Assembly (NCBI GenBank): GCA_965199715.1
Contig: OZ241322.1
Location: forward strand, 2,208,001-2,272,000
Length of the DNA stretch: 64,000 nt
Origin: Vicinamibacteria bacterium
GTDB lineage: Bacteria > Acidobacteriota > Vicinamibacteria > Marinacidobacterales > Marinacidobacteraceae
Reading direction: 5' to 3'
Position numbers and translations under genes: made by a program. This document shows, piece by piece, positions 50,629 through 60,252 of the stretch. The notes beneath the pieces are model-generated. The model was given only the letters and a program-made list of their open reading frames with translations, did not search any database and was not told where the DNA came from. How positions within the stretch are numbered: position 1 is the first letter of the stretch; each line of letters starts with the position of its first letter.

Positions 50629-51539
50629 TCGCCGAGGATCTCGCGGCGGAAACGCGCCGTCCACCCGGCCCGAAGCTCGCCGAGCGCCGCCATGTCGAGC
50701 CGCAGGAGCTCCGAGGGCGAGGGCAGCCCGTCGGGGAGCGGCACGCCGTCGCGGGAGGGGACGAGCATCAGTTCCCGAGCGGCGACGGCCTGGGCCTCCG
50801 CCGAGAACATGTAGTCGGCGAAGGCGCGGGCGAGTTCGAGGTTCCGCGCGTCGGCGACGACCTGGACGCCCTGCGGCAGCGCCACCGCGCCCTCCTCGGG
50901 CGCGATCCAGCCGACGGGCGCCCCGCCGGCGGCCAGATGGCGGGCCTGCGACGGCAGCCCAAGGGTGAGCCACGCCTCGCCCTGCGCCACCAACTGGTTG
51001 TTCGCGGGTCCGCTGGTCCCGAACTGGAGGACGTTGCCCCGCATCGCCCGGAGCCGCTCGAATCCCGCGTCGCCATCCGTCTCGTCTCCGGTCGCGGCGC
51101 GGGCGAGAACTCCGACGGTCAGCGGGCCGAGCGTGCTCCCGAATCCGAACAGCGCGAGCCTGTCCGTGAGTGCAAGCGCGGCCCACGAACGCGGCGGATC
51201 GGGCAGCGCGTCGGTGTTGTAGAGGAAACCGACCGCCGAGGAGAACGTCGGCGGGAGCGGCCCCTCGACGAGGCCCTCGCTCCCGAGCAGCGCCGCCTCG
51301 CCGGCGTCGATCCACAACACGTCGAGCGACGGGACGCCGCGTTCGATGCGCACCCGGGCCACCTGGTCGCCCGAGCGCAGGCCGGTCGGGACGATCCGCG
51401 CCCCGGTGCGTTCCTCGAACGGCGGCGCGAACCAGGTCTGAAGGTCGGCGATCCGCCCCGGAGGCGCGGCGACCACGAGTTCCGGGCGGCCGTCGGCGCA
51501 CCCGGCGAGCAGGAAAGCGAGGAGCGCGAGACGTTTCAT
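50625..51539 (-). CDS. extracellular solute-binding lipoprotein (PotD/AfuA-like)
   Basis: Lipobox LAGC, FEERTGA, GFLYNT..P.PPRSW, PEEGAV, ARAFADYMFS.EAQ. Confidence 0.85.
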   Translation of the reverse strand: MKRLALLAFLLAGCADGRPELVVAAPPGRIADLQTWFAPPFEERTGARIVPTGLRSGDQVARVRIERGVPSLDVLWIDAGEAALLGSEGLVEGPLPPTFSSAVGFLYNTDALPDPPRSWAALALTDRLALFGFGSTLGPLTVGVLARAATGDETDGDAGFERLRAMRGNVLQFGTSGPANNQLVAQGEAWLTLGLPSQARHLAAGGAPVGWIAPEEGAVALPQGVQVVADARNLELARAFADYMFSAEAQAVAARELMLVPSRDGVPLPDGLPSPSELLRLDMAALGELRAGWTARFRREILGE

Positions 51540-52339
51540 GCGGGCCGTCCGGGGTTGCGGAGCACGCCCGCCAGCCGGTCGGCGGCGAGCGCGGTCAGCG
51601 CGGTGACGAGGATCGCCACGGTGGCGATGGCGGCGACCGTCGGGTCCTGGTAGCGGTCCACGTACTCGAAGATGGCGACCGGCAGGGTGATCGTCCGCCC
51701 GCTCACGAGCAGCAGCGACAGGTTGAAGTTGCCGAACGAGATCACGAACGCGAACACCGCTCCGGCGACGATCCCCGATCGGGCGTTCGGCAGCGTGACC
51801 AGCAGCAGCGTCTCGAGCGGCCCCGCCCCGAGGCCCCGGGCCGCCGACTCGAGCTCCGGGTCGGCCGACTCGAGCGACGCGGCGACGCTGCGGACGACCC
51901 ACGGCAGGGTGATGAGCAGGTGCGCGAACAGCAGCGGGACGAGCGTGCCGGCGAGCTGGACCCCGGTCTCGCGGGCGAACAGGCTCACCGTGGTCAGAAG
52001 GCCCGCCCCGAGCGCGAGTCCCGGCAGGCTCAGTGGCGAGAGCAGGATCCCGAGGAGCGCCGCGCTTCCCGGAAGCCGCGCCCGGGTGAGCGCGAGCGCC
52101 GCCGGAATCCCGAGAAGCAGCGCGCACGCGGTCGCGAGCAGGCCGAGCGCGAAGCTGGTCGCGATCCCCGAGAGCAGGCGCGGATGGTCGAGGAGACCCG
52201 CGTACCAGGCGAGGCTGAGGCCCCGGGGCGGGATCTCCAGCACCGCGAGCGGGCTGAGCGAATAGAGCAGCACCGCGAGCGGCGACAGCAGCAGCACCGC
52301 GTATCCGACCCCGGCGATCAGCCGCAGCGCGAGGTTCAT
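51536..52339 (-). CDS. ABC transporter permease (PotC-like)
   Basis: GLSLAWY, ESAARGLGA (EAA loop), TLPVAIF. Confidence 0.92.
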   Translation of the reverse strand: MNLALRLIAGVGYAVLLLSPLAVLLYSLSPLAVLEIPPRGLSLAWYAGLLDHPRLLSGIATSFALGLLATACALLLGIPAALALTRARLPGSAALLGILLSPLSLPGLALGAGLLTTVSLFARETGVQLAGTLVPLLFAHLLITLPWVVRSVAASLESADPELESAARGLGAGPLETLLLVTLPNARSGIVAGAVFAFVISFGNFNLSLLLVSGRTITLPVAIFEYVDRYQDPTVAAIATVAILVTALTALAADRLAGVLRNPGRPA

Positions 52340-53184
52340 GCGCCGAACCACAGCAGCGTGCGCCGGCGGCTGTACGCGGCGGCGAGCGCCATCACGCCCA
52401 TCGCTGCGACGAGCAGCAGCAGCGATGCGGCGGCCGCAGAGGGCCAGTCGAAGCTCAGCGTGAGCAGTTCCCGAATCTCCAGCACCCACGTGCGCGAGGT
52501 CGCGCCGCCGAGGAGCGCCGGGGTCGCGTAGGCCGACAGGGCGCCCACCAGCACGAAGCTGCCGCCGGCGGCGAGCCCCGGAAGCGTGAGCGGGAAGGTC
52601 ACCCGGAAGAACGCCGCCGCGGGCGAGGCGCCGAGGCCGCGCGCCGCCTCCAACAGGCGCGGCTCCACCCGGTCGAGGCTCGCGGCGAGCGCCAGCACCA
52701 TGAACGGGAGGAACGACTCGGTGAGCGCGAGCACCACCGCGGCCTCGGTGTACAGCAGCGAGCCGCGCTCGAACCCGAGCGTCTCGAGCGCCGCGCCGAG
52801 GAAGCCCTGGCGTCCGAGCAGCAGCACCCAGCCGTAGGCCCGCACCACGATGGACATGAGCAACGGCGAGACGACCAGCAGCGTCTGGATGCGCCGCGCC
52901 CGGCCGGTCGAGCGCGAGAGCAGCAGCGCCATCGGAAACCCGAGGACGAGCGTCGCCAGCGTCGTGAGCCCGGCGAGCCGCGTCGTGCGCAGCATCACCG
53001 ACGGGAACGGCTCGGCGAGAAGGCCCGCGAAGGACGCGAGCGTCGGCCCGCCCTCGAGCGGCGCGAGGGGGCCCGGCGGCAGCAGCGAGAGATGCACGAG
53101 GACGCCGATCGGAACCGCCATCGCCAGCGTGATGGCGCCGAGCGCCGGGAGCAGCAGCGCCGCTCCGAGCCGTTGCGACAGCAC
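52336..53184 (-). CDS. ABC transporter permease (PotB-like)
   Basis: SIVVRAYGW, LEAARGLGA, TPALLGG. Confidence 0.92.
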   Translation of the reverse strand: MLSQRLGAALLLPALGAITLAMAVPIGVLVHLSLLPPGPLAPLEGGPTLASFAGLLAEPFPSVMLRTTRLAGLTTLATLVLGFPMALLLSRSTGRARRIQTLLVVSPLLMSIVVRAYGWVLLLGRQGFLGAALETLGFERGSLLYTEAAVVLALTESFLPFMVLALAASLDRVEPRLLEAARGLGASPAAAFFRVTFPLTLPGLAAGGSFVLVGALSAYATPALLGGATSRTWVLEIRELLTLSFDWPSAAAASLLLLVAAMGVMALAAAYSRRRTLLWFGA

Positions 53185-53188
53185 CCGG

Positions 53189-54826
53189 TCAGGCGGTCGT
53201 GACCGCTCCCCGGCTGGCGGAGGACACGTTCTTCGCGTAGCGGGCGAGCGCCCCCGTCGCGAACGGGTTCGGCGGCTGGCGGGCCGTGCGCTCCCCCTGC
53301 ATCTCGATGTCCAGCGCCCGCGGTTCGAGGTCGATGGTGATCCGGTCGCCGTCCCGGACGAGCCCGATCGGGCCGCCGGCCGCCGCCTCGGGGCTGACGT
53401 GCCCCACCATGAACCCGTGGGTGGCGCCGCTGAAGCGCCCGTCGGTGATGAGCGCCACGCTGTCGCCGAGGCCGCGCCCGATCACCGCCGCGGTCACGCC
53501 GAGCATCTCGCGCATCCCGGGGCCGCCCTTCGGCCCCTCGTAGCGGATCACGATCACGTCGCCCGCGGCGATCCGCCCGCCCTGGACCGCCTCGAAGGCG
53601 TCCTCCTCCGAATCGAAGACTCGCGCCGGTCCGACGTGGCGGCCCCGGTCGTGTCCGGCGAGCTTCAGGATGGCGCCGTCGGGAGCGAGGCTGCCGCGCA
53701 GGAACGCGAGCCCGCCCCGGGCCTTCACCGGCCGCGCCGACGGCCGGATCACTTCCTGGCCCTCGGTCTCCTGCGCCGCGTCCGCGAGATCGAAGAGCGA
53801 CTCGCCGGTGACCGTGGGCGCGTCGGCGAGCGCGTCCAGCTCGCGCAGGCGCGCCGCGAGCAGGCGCATGCCCCCCGCCGCCTCCATCTCGGGGGCCGTG
53901 AACCGCCCTCCCGGCTTGAGGTCGGTCAGCACCGGCGTGCGGGCGCCGATCTCGTCGAGGTCGTCGAGCGTGATCGTCGTCCCCGCCTCGTGGGCGATGG
54001 CCAGCAGGTGAAGCGCGGCGTTCGTCGAGCCCGCCGTCGCCGAGACCGCGGTCCAGGCGTTCTTCACCGCGTCCCGGGTGAGGAACGTCCGGGCGGTCCG
54101 CCCCTCGCGCAGCAGGTCCATGACCCGGGCGCCGGCGGCGCGGGCGGCTCCGGCCTTGCGCGGCGAGAGCGCCGGAATCTCGTTGCCGGTCATCGGCGAG
54201 ATCCCGAGGAACGCTCCCGCGAGCGACATCGTGTTCGCGGTGAACTGCCCTCCGCAGGCGCCGGCGCCGGGGCAGGCGGCGGCCTCCAGCTCCTCCAGCT
54301 CGGCGGCGCTCATCTTCCCCGCGGCGTGGGCGCCGACCGCCTCGAACACGTCCTGGATGGTCACCCGACGGCCCCGATGGAGTCCGGGCGCGATGGAGCC
54401 GCCGTAGAACATGAGCGACGGGACGTCGAGGCGCGCCAGCGCCATCATCGTGCCGGGGATCGTCTTGTCGCAGCCGGAGATCGCCACCACCGCGTCGAGC
54501 AGGTGCCCCCGGGTGACCAGCTCGATCGAGTCGGCGACCACTTCGCGCGAGACGAGCGACGCCCGCATCCCCGACGACCCCATCGCGATCGCGTCCGAGA
54601 CCACGATCGTGTTGAACTCGAGCGGCGTGCCGCCGGCGGCCCGCACCCCGGCCTTGACCTCCTCGGCGAGTTCGCGCAGGTGGCTGTTGCAGGGAGTGAT
54701 CTCGGTCCAGGTGTTGGCGATGCCGACGAGCGGCTTCCGGATCGCCTCGGCCGAGAGCCCGGTGGCGCGGAGCATCGCCCGCGCCGGGGCGCGGCTCGGG
54801 CCGGTCTTGACTTCATCGCTGCGCAT
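53189..54826 (-). CDS. ilvD: dihydroxy-acid dehydratase
   Basis: TPCN, GCDKTIPG, GACGGQFTANTM, GSTNAALHLLAIA, YEGPKGGPGMREM, TDGRFSG. Confidence 0.97.
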   Translation of the reverse strand: MRSDEVKTGPSRAPARAMLRATGLSAEAIRKPLVGIANTWTEITPCNSHLRELAEEVKAGVRAAGGTPLEFNTIVVSDAIAMGSSGMRASLVSREVVADSIELVTRGHLLDAVVAISGCDKTIPGTMMALARLDVPSLMFYGGSIAPGLHRGRRVTIQDVFEAVGAHAAGKMSAAELEELEAAACPGAGACGGQFTANTMSLAGAFLGISPMTGNEIPALSPRKAGAARAAGARVMDLLREGRTARTFLTRDAVKNAWTAVSATAGSTNAALHLLAIAHEAGTTITLDDLDEIGARTPVLTDLKPGGRFTAPEMEAAGGMRLLAARLRELDALADAPTVTGESLFDLADAAQETEGQEVIRPSARPVKARGGLAFLRGSLAPDGAILKLAGHDRGRHVGPARVFDSEEDAFEAVQGGRIAAGDVIVIRYEGPKGGPGMREMLGVTAAVIGRGLGDSVALITDGRFSGATHGFMVGHVSPEAAAGGPIGLVRDGDRITIDLEPRALDIEMQGERTARQPPNPFATGALARYAKNVSSASRGAVTTA

Positions 54827-55874
54827 GGGGTTCCTCGGAGGTTTCCACCTGGACGCCGCTGCGGAGGTACAGGTTGCGGATCGGGTACGGGATTTCGATG
54901 CCCTCCGCCTCGAAGCGCCGGTGGAGCGCCTTCACGAACACGTTCGTGACCTCGAAGCGCTTCAGCGGGCGCACCGCCATGAGGATCGCGTCGAAGGTGA
55001 TCGCGGAGTCGCCGAACTCGCGCCAGCGGAGTTCGCCCTCCCAGTCGGAGAACGCGCCGGGCGTCTCGCGCTGCATCTTCCGGATCACCTCCAGCGTGAC
55101 CTGCTCGACGCGCTCGAGGTCGCTGTCGTAGTGGACGCCCACCGCGACGGCGATCCGCAGCGTCAGTTCGGGGGCGTGCAGGTTCGTGAAGACCGCGTCG
55201 GCGAGTTGCGAGTTCGGGATCACGACGGTGTTGTCCAGAAGCGACTTGAGCGTCGTCGTCCGCCAGCCGATGTCGGTGACGGTGCCCTCGACCCCGACGC
55301 TCGGAACGCCGATGAAGTCGCCGACCTTGAACTGGTTGGCGGCGACCATCTGGATGCCGGCGAAGATGTTGCTGAGCGTGGGCTGGAGCGCGAGCGCCAG
55401 CGCGATGCCGCCGACGCCGAGCGTCGCGAGGATCGGTCCCACCGAGACGCCGAACTCGTTCAGGATGACGAGCAGCCCCACGACGCCGGCGATGACCCGC
55501 ACCGTGTTCCGAAGGATCGAGACCCCGCTCGTGCCGAGGCGGGTGTTGTAGAGCCGGACGCCGAACAGCGCCGCGTCGGTGGCCAGCCGGATCAGCACCA
55601 GGATGAGGCCGATCTGGAGGCCGATCGTGATGAGCGGTTCGACGTGCGGCGGCGGGGGGCGGAACCGCATCACCGTTGCGACCGCGCCGAAGGCGAACAG
55701 CAGCGGCAGCCCGAAGTGGAAGAGATGGGCGGCGGCCCAGTCGTCCCAGCCGGTGTCGGTGGCGCGGGCGCGTTCGGCGAAGCGTTTGCGGAGGCGGCGC
55801 TCGATCAGGAAGCCGAAGAGCGCGGCGACCGCCACGGCGGCCGCGTACACCGCGATTTCGCGGAGGACTTCCAT
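54813..55874 (-). CDS. small-conductance mechanosensitive channel (MscS family)
   Basis: LGVGGIALALALQPTLSNIFAG, GTVTDIGWRTT, IPNS, GIEIPYP. Confidence 0.93.
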   Translation of the reverse strand: MEVLREIAVYAAAVAVAALFGFLIERRLRKRFAERARATDTGWDDWAAAHLFHFGLPLLFAFGAVATVMRFRPPPPHVEPLITIGLQIGLILVLIRLATDAALFGVRLYNTRLGTSGVSILRNTVRVIAGVVGLLVILNEFGVSVGPILATLGVGGIALALALQPTLSNIFAGIQMVAANQFKVGDFIGVPSVGVEGTVTDIGWRTTTLKSLLDNTVVIPNSQLADAVFTNLHAPELTLRIAVAVGVHYDSDLERVEQVTLEVIRKMQRETPGAFSDWEGELRWREFGDSAITFDAILMAVRPLKRFEVTNVFVKALHRRFEAEGIEIPYPIRNLYLRSGVQVETSEEPHAQR

Positions 55875-55894
55875 TAGCCTCAGGGGGTCGCGAA

Positions 55895-56809
55895 ATGGTT
55901 CATGTGCTGGTGTTCGGGGCCGGGGCCACGGGTAGCGTATTCGCGGCGAGGCTCGCCGGAGCGCATTCCGTGCGCGTCGTGGCGCGGGGCGAGCGCCTCC
56001 GGGCCATCCGGCGCGACGGGCTGCGGGTGCGGGGCGCGACCGAGGCGACCGTGCGGATTCCGGCGTCGTCCGAAGTCGAGGGACCCGAGCCGGACTTCGC
56101 GCTGGTCACGGTCAAGTCGGGGGACACCGGCGCGGCGGCCCGGGCGCTCGCCGGGTTCCGCCGCACGACGCTGGTCTCGCTCCAGAACGGCCTCGGCAAC
56201 GAGGAGACGCTCGCCGCTACCGGGCTTCCGGTGGTCGGCGCGGTCTCGAACAACGGCGCCACGCTGGAAGCGTCCGGACGAGTGTTTCACGCCGGGTTCG
56301 GGCCGGTCCTGCTCGGGCGCTTCCAGGGCGACGGGCGCCTCGACCGGCTGCGCTCCTGCCTGCGGGATGCCGGGTTCCCGGCGCAAGTCGTCCCCGACAT
56401 CCGGATTCCGCTGTGGGAGAAGGCCATCCTGAACGCGGCCGCGAACCCGCTCACCGCGCTCCTCGGGCTGCGCACCGGGCGCCTATTGGAGGATCCGGGG
56501 GTCAGGGAGATCGCGCGGCGGATCGTCGCGGAGGCCACGCGCGTCGCGCGGGAGGAAGGAGTCCGCGCGGGAGCCGTCTGGGAGACGCTCGAGGCGGTCG
56601 TCCGGGCCACCGCGGGGAACCGGTCCAGCATGCTTCAGGACCTGGAGCGCGGCCGGCGCACCGAGATCGAGGCCATCAACGGCGAGATCGTCGCCCGGGC
56701 GAATTTCCCGGTCCCGTGGAACCGGCTGATGCTGCGGCTGGTCCGGGCTCAGCCGGTCGCGACCGGCCGGTCCGCGTCGGCGATCCACTCGGACCACGAT
56801 CCGACGTAG
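55895..56809 (+). CDS. panE: 2-dehydropantoate 2-reductase
   Basis: VFGAGATG, VTVKS, LQNGLG, WEKAILN, SSMLQDLERGRRTEIEAING. Confidence 0.9.
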   Translation: MVHVLVFGAGATGSVFAARLAGAHSVRVVARGERLRAIRRDGLRVRGATEATVRIPASSEVEGPEPDFALVTVKSGDTGAAARALAGFRRTTLVSLQNGLGNEETLAATGLPVVGAVSNNGATLEASGRVFHAGFGPVLLGRFQGDGRLDRLRSCLRDAGFPAQVVPDIRIPLWEKAILNAAANPLTALLGLRTGRLLEDPGVREIARRIVAEATRVAREEGVRAGAVWETLEAVVRATAGNRSSMLQDLERGRRTEIEAINGEIVARANFPVPWNRLMLRLVRAQPVATGRSASAIHSDHDPT

Positions 56810-57561
56810 AGCGCGACTCCCGTGACGCCGGCGGCCTCGAGCGCCAGCGCGTCGTGCGCGGCGGTCACCCCGGAGCCGCAGTAGCAGACGACCGGCTCGC
56901 CCTTGCGGTCGGCCAGAAGCCGGTCGAACGCCGCCCTCAGCGCCGCCGGATCGCGGAAGCGCCCGTCGCCGTCGAGGCTGTCCTTCCAGAAGTGGTTGCG
57001 GGCGCCGGGAATCCGCCCGGCGACCGGATCGAGGGGCTCGACCTCGCCGCGGAAGCGCGCCGGCTCCCGAGCGTCGACGAGGAGGGTCCCGCCGAGCGCG
57101 TCCGCTTCCCGGAGCATGGCGGGGCGGGGCCGGGGCTCGAAGCGGGCGGGCGGACGGCGCTCCTCGCCGGGCCGCAGCGCGCCCGGCCACGCGGCGAGGC
57201 CGCCGTCGAGGACCGCGACCCGGTCGTGGCCGAGGTAGCGGAGCATCCACCAGAGGCGGGCGGCGTACATGCCGCTCGCGCTGTCGTAGGCGACGACGGT
57301 CTTCCCGGAGTCGATTCCGAGCCGGCCGAAGGTCTCGGCCATGCGCTCGACCGGCGGCAGCGGATGGCGCCCGTTCGTTCCGGTGCGCTGGCCGGCGAGG
57401 TCCCGGTCGAGGTCGGCGAAGACCGCGCCCGAAACGTGTCCCTCGAGGTAGCGGGCGCGGCCCCAGGCCGGCTCGGGGAGGTGGAAGCGGGCGTCCACGA
57501 CCACGACGTCGGGATCGGCGAGACGGGCGTCCAGCCACGCGCCGGAGACGAGCGGATGCAT
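56749..57561 (-). CDS. tandem rhodanese sulfurtransferase (SseA/MST-like)
   Basis: GRHPLP, AARLWW, LDGG, GRIPGA, YCGSGVTA, LYVGSWSEW. Confidence 0.93.
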   Translation of the reverse strand: MHPLVSGAWLDARLADPDVVVVDARFHLPEPAWGRARYLEGHVSGAVFADLDRDLAGQRTGTNGRHPLPPVERMAETFGRLGIDSGKTVVAYDSASGMYAARLWWMLRYLGHDRVAVLDGGLAAWPGALRPGEERRPPARFEPRPRPAMLREADALGGTLLVDAREPARFRGEVEPLDPVAGRIPGARNHFWKDSLDGDGRFRDPAALRAAFDRLLADRKGEPVVCYCGSGVTAAHDALALEAAGVTGVALYVGSWSEWIADADRPVATG

Positions 57562-57562
57562 G

Positions 57563-59200
57563 TCAGCGGCGGAACGTGGCCTCGCCCGCGGCCCAGGTCG
57601 AGTGGACCTCGAGGTCCAGGAGCGTCCGGTCCGGCGGATCGGGGACCGGTCCGTCGAGGATCACGAAGTCGGCCCACTTGCCGACCGCGATCGAGCCGAT
57701 TTCATCTCCCTGGCCGGCGGCGTCCGCCGGGGCCTGGGTGAAGGCGGCGAGCGCCGTGTCCCAGCTCACCTTCTGGTGGGGGTGCCAGCCGCCTTCGGGG
57801 CCGCCGCCCGGCTTCTCGCGCACCGTCGCGGCGTAGAGCTGGCGCAGCGGGTCGAGCGGGGCGGTGGGCCAGTCGCTGCCGAAGACGAGCTCCGCTCCCG
57901 CGTCCCGCGCCGCGCCCCACGCGAACGCCCACGCCGCCCGGTCCGGCCCGAGGCGGTCCGTGTTGTACACGTCGATCCCGGTGATGCAGTGGTGCGGCTG
58001 GAACGAGGCCAGCACGCCCAGTGCGCCGAAGCGCGGCGCGTCCGCCGGGTCGAGCGACTCGACGTGCTCCACCCGGTCGGGGAGGAGGCCGGGCGCCGGA
58101 TCGCTTTCGAACGCGTCGAGCGAGCGCCGGACCGCGAGGTCGCCGATCGCGTGGATCGCGACCGGGAATCCGGCCTCGTGGAACTCGGCGACGGCGGCCT
58201 CCAGGTCGGGGGCCTCGGTGACCATGAAGCCGCTCGCGTCGGGATCGTCGGCGTAGGGCTCGATCAGCGCGGCGGTGCGGGCGGAGAGGACTCCGTCGGC
58301 CACGAGCTTCGCGTAGCCCAGCGCGAGCGTCGGCCCGCGCCCGGCCTCGATCGGGGCGAGTTCTTCGGCGATCCGGTCGCGCAGCGCGGCGGCTTCTTCG
58401 GATCGGCCGATCGCGCCGGTGGCCCCGAACCAGATCCGCAGCGGGAGCCGCCCGGCTTGCGCCATCTCGAGGTAGCGCTCGGCTCCGGCGAGGCCGGCCA
58501 TGTCGTGCGCCCCGGTCAGCCCGAGGCTCGCCGCGTTGCGCAGCGTCAGCTCCATGAGCTCGCGCTCGCTCGCCGCGTCGAGGGCCGGGACGCGCCGCCC
58601 GACCAGCCCGCCGGCCGCCTCGAGAAGGATTCCGGTCGGTTCGCCGGCGGCGTCCCGGACGATGTGTCCGCCCGGGGGATCGGGCGTGTCCCGCGTGATC
58701 CCGGCGATCTCCAGCGCGAGGCTGCTCGCCCAGGCGGTGTGCCCGTCGATGTCGGCGAGGACGACCGGGTTCTCCGGCGCGGCCCGGTCGAGAATGTCGC
58801 GGGCGGGAAACTCGCCGCCGGAGAGCGTGTGGTCCCAGCGCCCGCCGACGATCCATTCGCCCGGCGCGAGTTCCGCGGCGCGGGCGCGGATCCGGCGTTC
58901 CCACTCGGCGCGGTCGGCGATCCCGGTGAGGTCCACGCCCCGGACGAGGCTGATCCCGCCGCGCAGGTGCGTGTGGCCGTCGATCAGTCCCGGCAGCACC
59001 GCCTCGCCGTCGAGCTCGATCACCTCGGTGGCGTCGCCGATCAGCGGCTCGACGTCCGCCGCCGAGCCGATCCGCGCGAAGCGCCCGTCGCGGACGGCGA
59101 ACGCCTCGGCTCCGCCATGCACCGATCCTCCCCGCACGACGAGGTCCGCCGGCGGCGGCCCGCACCCGGCGAGCGCGGCGACGAGCAGGAGGCGCTTCAT
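57563..59200 (-). CDS. amidohydrolase_3 (YtcJ-like) lipoprotein
   Basis: Lipobox LAGC, PGLIDGHTH, KLVADG, IHAIGD, RVEHVE, FGSDWP. Confidence 0.92.
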   Translation of the reverse strand: MKRLLLVAALAGCGPPPADLVVRGGSVHGGAEAFAVRDGRFARIGSAADVEPLIGDATEVIELDGEAVLPGLIDGHTHLRGGISLVRGVDLTGIADRAEWERRIRARAAELAPGEWIVGGRWDHTLSGGEFPARDILDRAAPENPVVLADIDGHTAWASSLALEIAGITRDTPDPPGGHIVRDAAGEPTGILLEAAGGLVGRRVPALDAASERELMELTLRNAASLGLTGAHDMAGLAGAERYLEMAQAGRLPLRIWFGATGAIGRSEEAAALRDRIAEELAPIEAGRGPTLALGYAKLVADGVLSARTAALIEPYADDPDASGFMVTEAPDLEAAVAEFHEAGFPVAIHAIGDLAVRRSLDAFESDPAPGLLPDRVEHVESLDPADAPRFGALGVLASFQPHHCITGIDVYNTDRLGPDRAAWAFAWGAARDAGAELVFGSDWPTAPLDPLRQLYAATVREKPGGGPEGGWHPHQKVSWDTALAAFTQAPADAAGQGDEIGSIAVGKWADFVILDGPVPDPPDRTLLDLEVHSTWAAGEATFRR

Positions 59201-60252
59201 CGGCCCTCGCCCCTCGCGGCGAGCCGGGCGATCCGGTCGCAGAGTTCGGCGAAGGACATCCCGGCGACGGCGGCCGACTGCGGGAGCAGGCTCCGCGTGG
59301 TCATGCCGGGCAGCGTGTTGGCCTCGAGGACCATCGGCCGGCCCTCGGCGTCCATCCGGAAGTCCACCCGCGAGAAGTGCCGCAGCGCGAGCGCCCGGTG
59401 GCACATCACCGCGAGCTCCCGAAGCTCGCGCTCGAGCGACTCGGGAACGTCCGCCGGGAAGATCTCCTCGGCGAGGCCCGGCGTGTACTTGGCGTGGTAG
59501 TCGAAAAGACCCTCGCGCATGACGATCTCGCCGACGCCGAGCGCCTCCGGCTCGCCGCCCTCGGTCTCGAGCACGCCGACCGTGAACTCGCGGCCGGGAA
59601 GGAGCGCCTCGATGAGCACCACCGTGTCGTGGCGGCGCGCTTCGGCCACGGCGGCCCGCACGTCCTCGAACCCGGTCGCCTGGCGCAGGCCCACCGAGGA
59701 GCCGACCCGGGACGGCTTCACGATCACCGTCTCGCCGAGCGCCGCGATTTCGGCCCGCCGGTCCTCGGGCCGCTGCCGGTGCAGCCGCTCGAAGGGCGCC
59801 GTCGGAATCCCCGCGCCCCGCAGCACGTGCTTGGCGGCGGCCTTCTCCATGGCGAGCGAGCTTCCGAGCACGCCGCTGCCGGTGTAGCGGACGCCGCTGA
59901 GCTCCAGCACCGCCTGCACCCGGCCGCCCTCGCCGTCGAGGCCGTGGAGCACGAGGAACGCCGCGTCGGCCTCGTGCATTTCGCCGAGCCGCAGCAGCCC
60001 CGGAACGTCCTCGCGTTCGCGGAGTTCGGCCAGCTCCTCGTCCGAGGGGGGCTCGCGGGCCACGCGCTGCGCGAGCCGGGCGCCCTCCTGTTCCGGATCC
60101 AGCGGGCCGCGCACCGTGTCCACCGCGACCACGTCGTGCCCGGAGAGGCGCAGCGCCCGCACCACCTCGCCGGCGCCCGCGAGCGCCACGTCGCGCTCCG
60201 GCGTGGACCCCCCGGTGAGAACCGTGATCTTCAGGGGCGGCGCGGAGATCAT
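59197..60252 (-). CDS. ddl: D-alanine--D-alanine ligase
   Basis: GGSTPERDV, LHGLDGEGG, KPSRVGSSVG, FDYHAKY, RVDFR, EANTLPGMT..SLLP. Confidence 0.93.
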   Translation of the reverse strand: MISAPPLKITVLTGGSTPERDVALAGAGEVVRALRLSGHDVVAVDTVRGPLDPEQEGARLAQRVAREPPSDEELAELREREDVPGLLRLGEMHEADAAFLVLHGLDGEGGRVQAVLELSGVRYTGSGVLGSSLAMEKAAAKHVLRGAGIPTAPFERLHRQRPEDRRAEIAALGETVIVKPSRVGSSVGLRQATGFEDVRAAVAEARRHDTVVLIEALLPGREFTVGVLETEGGEPEALGVGEIVMREGLFDYHAKYTPGLAEEIFPADVPESLERELRELAVMCHRALALRHFSRVDFRMDAEGRPMVLEANTLPGMTTRSLLPQSAAVAGMSFAELCDRIARLAARGEGR

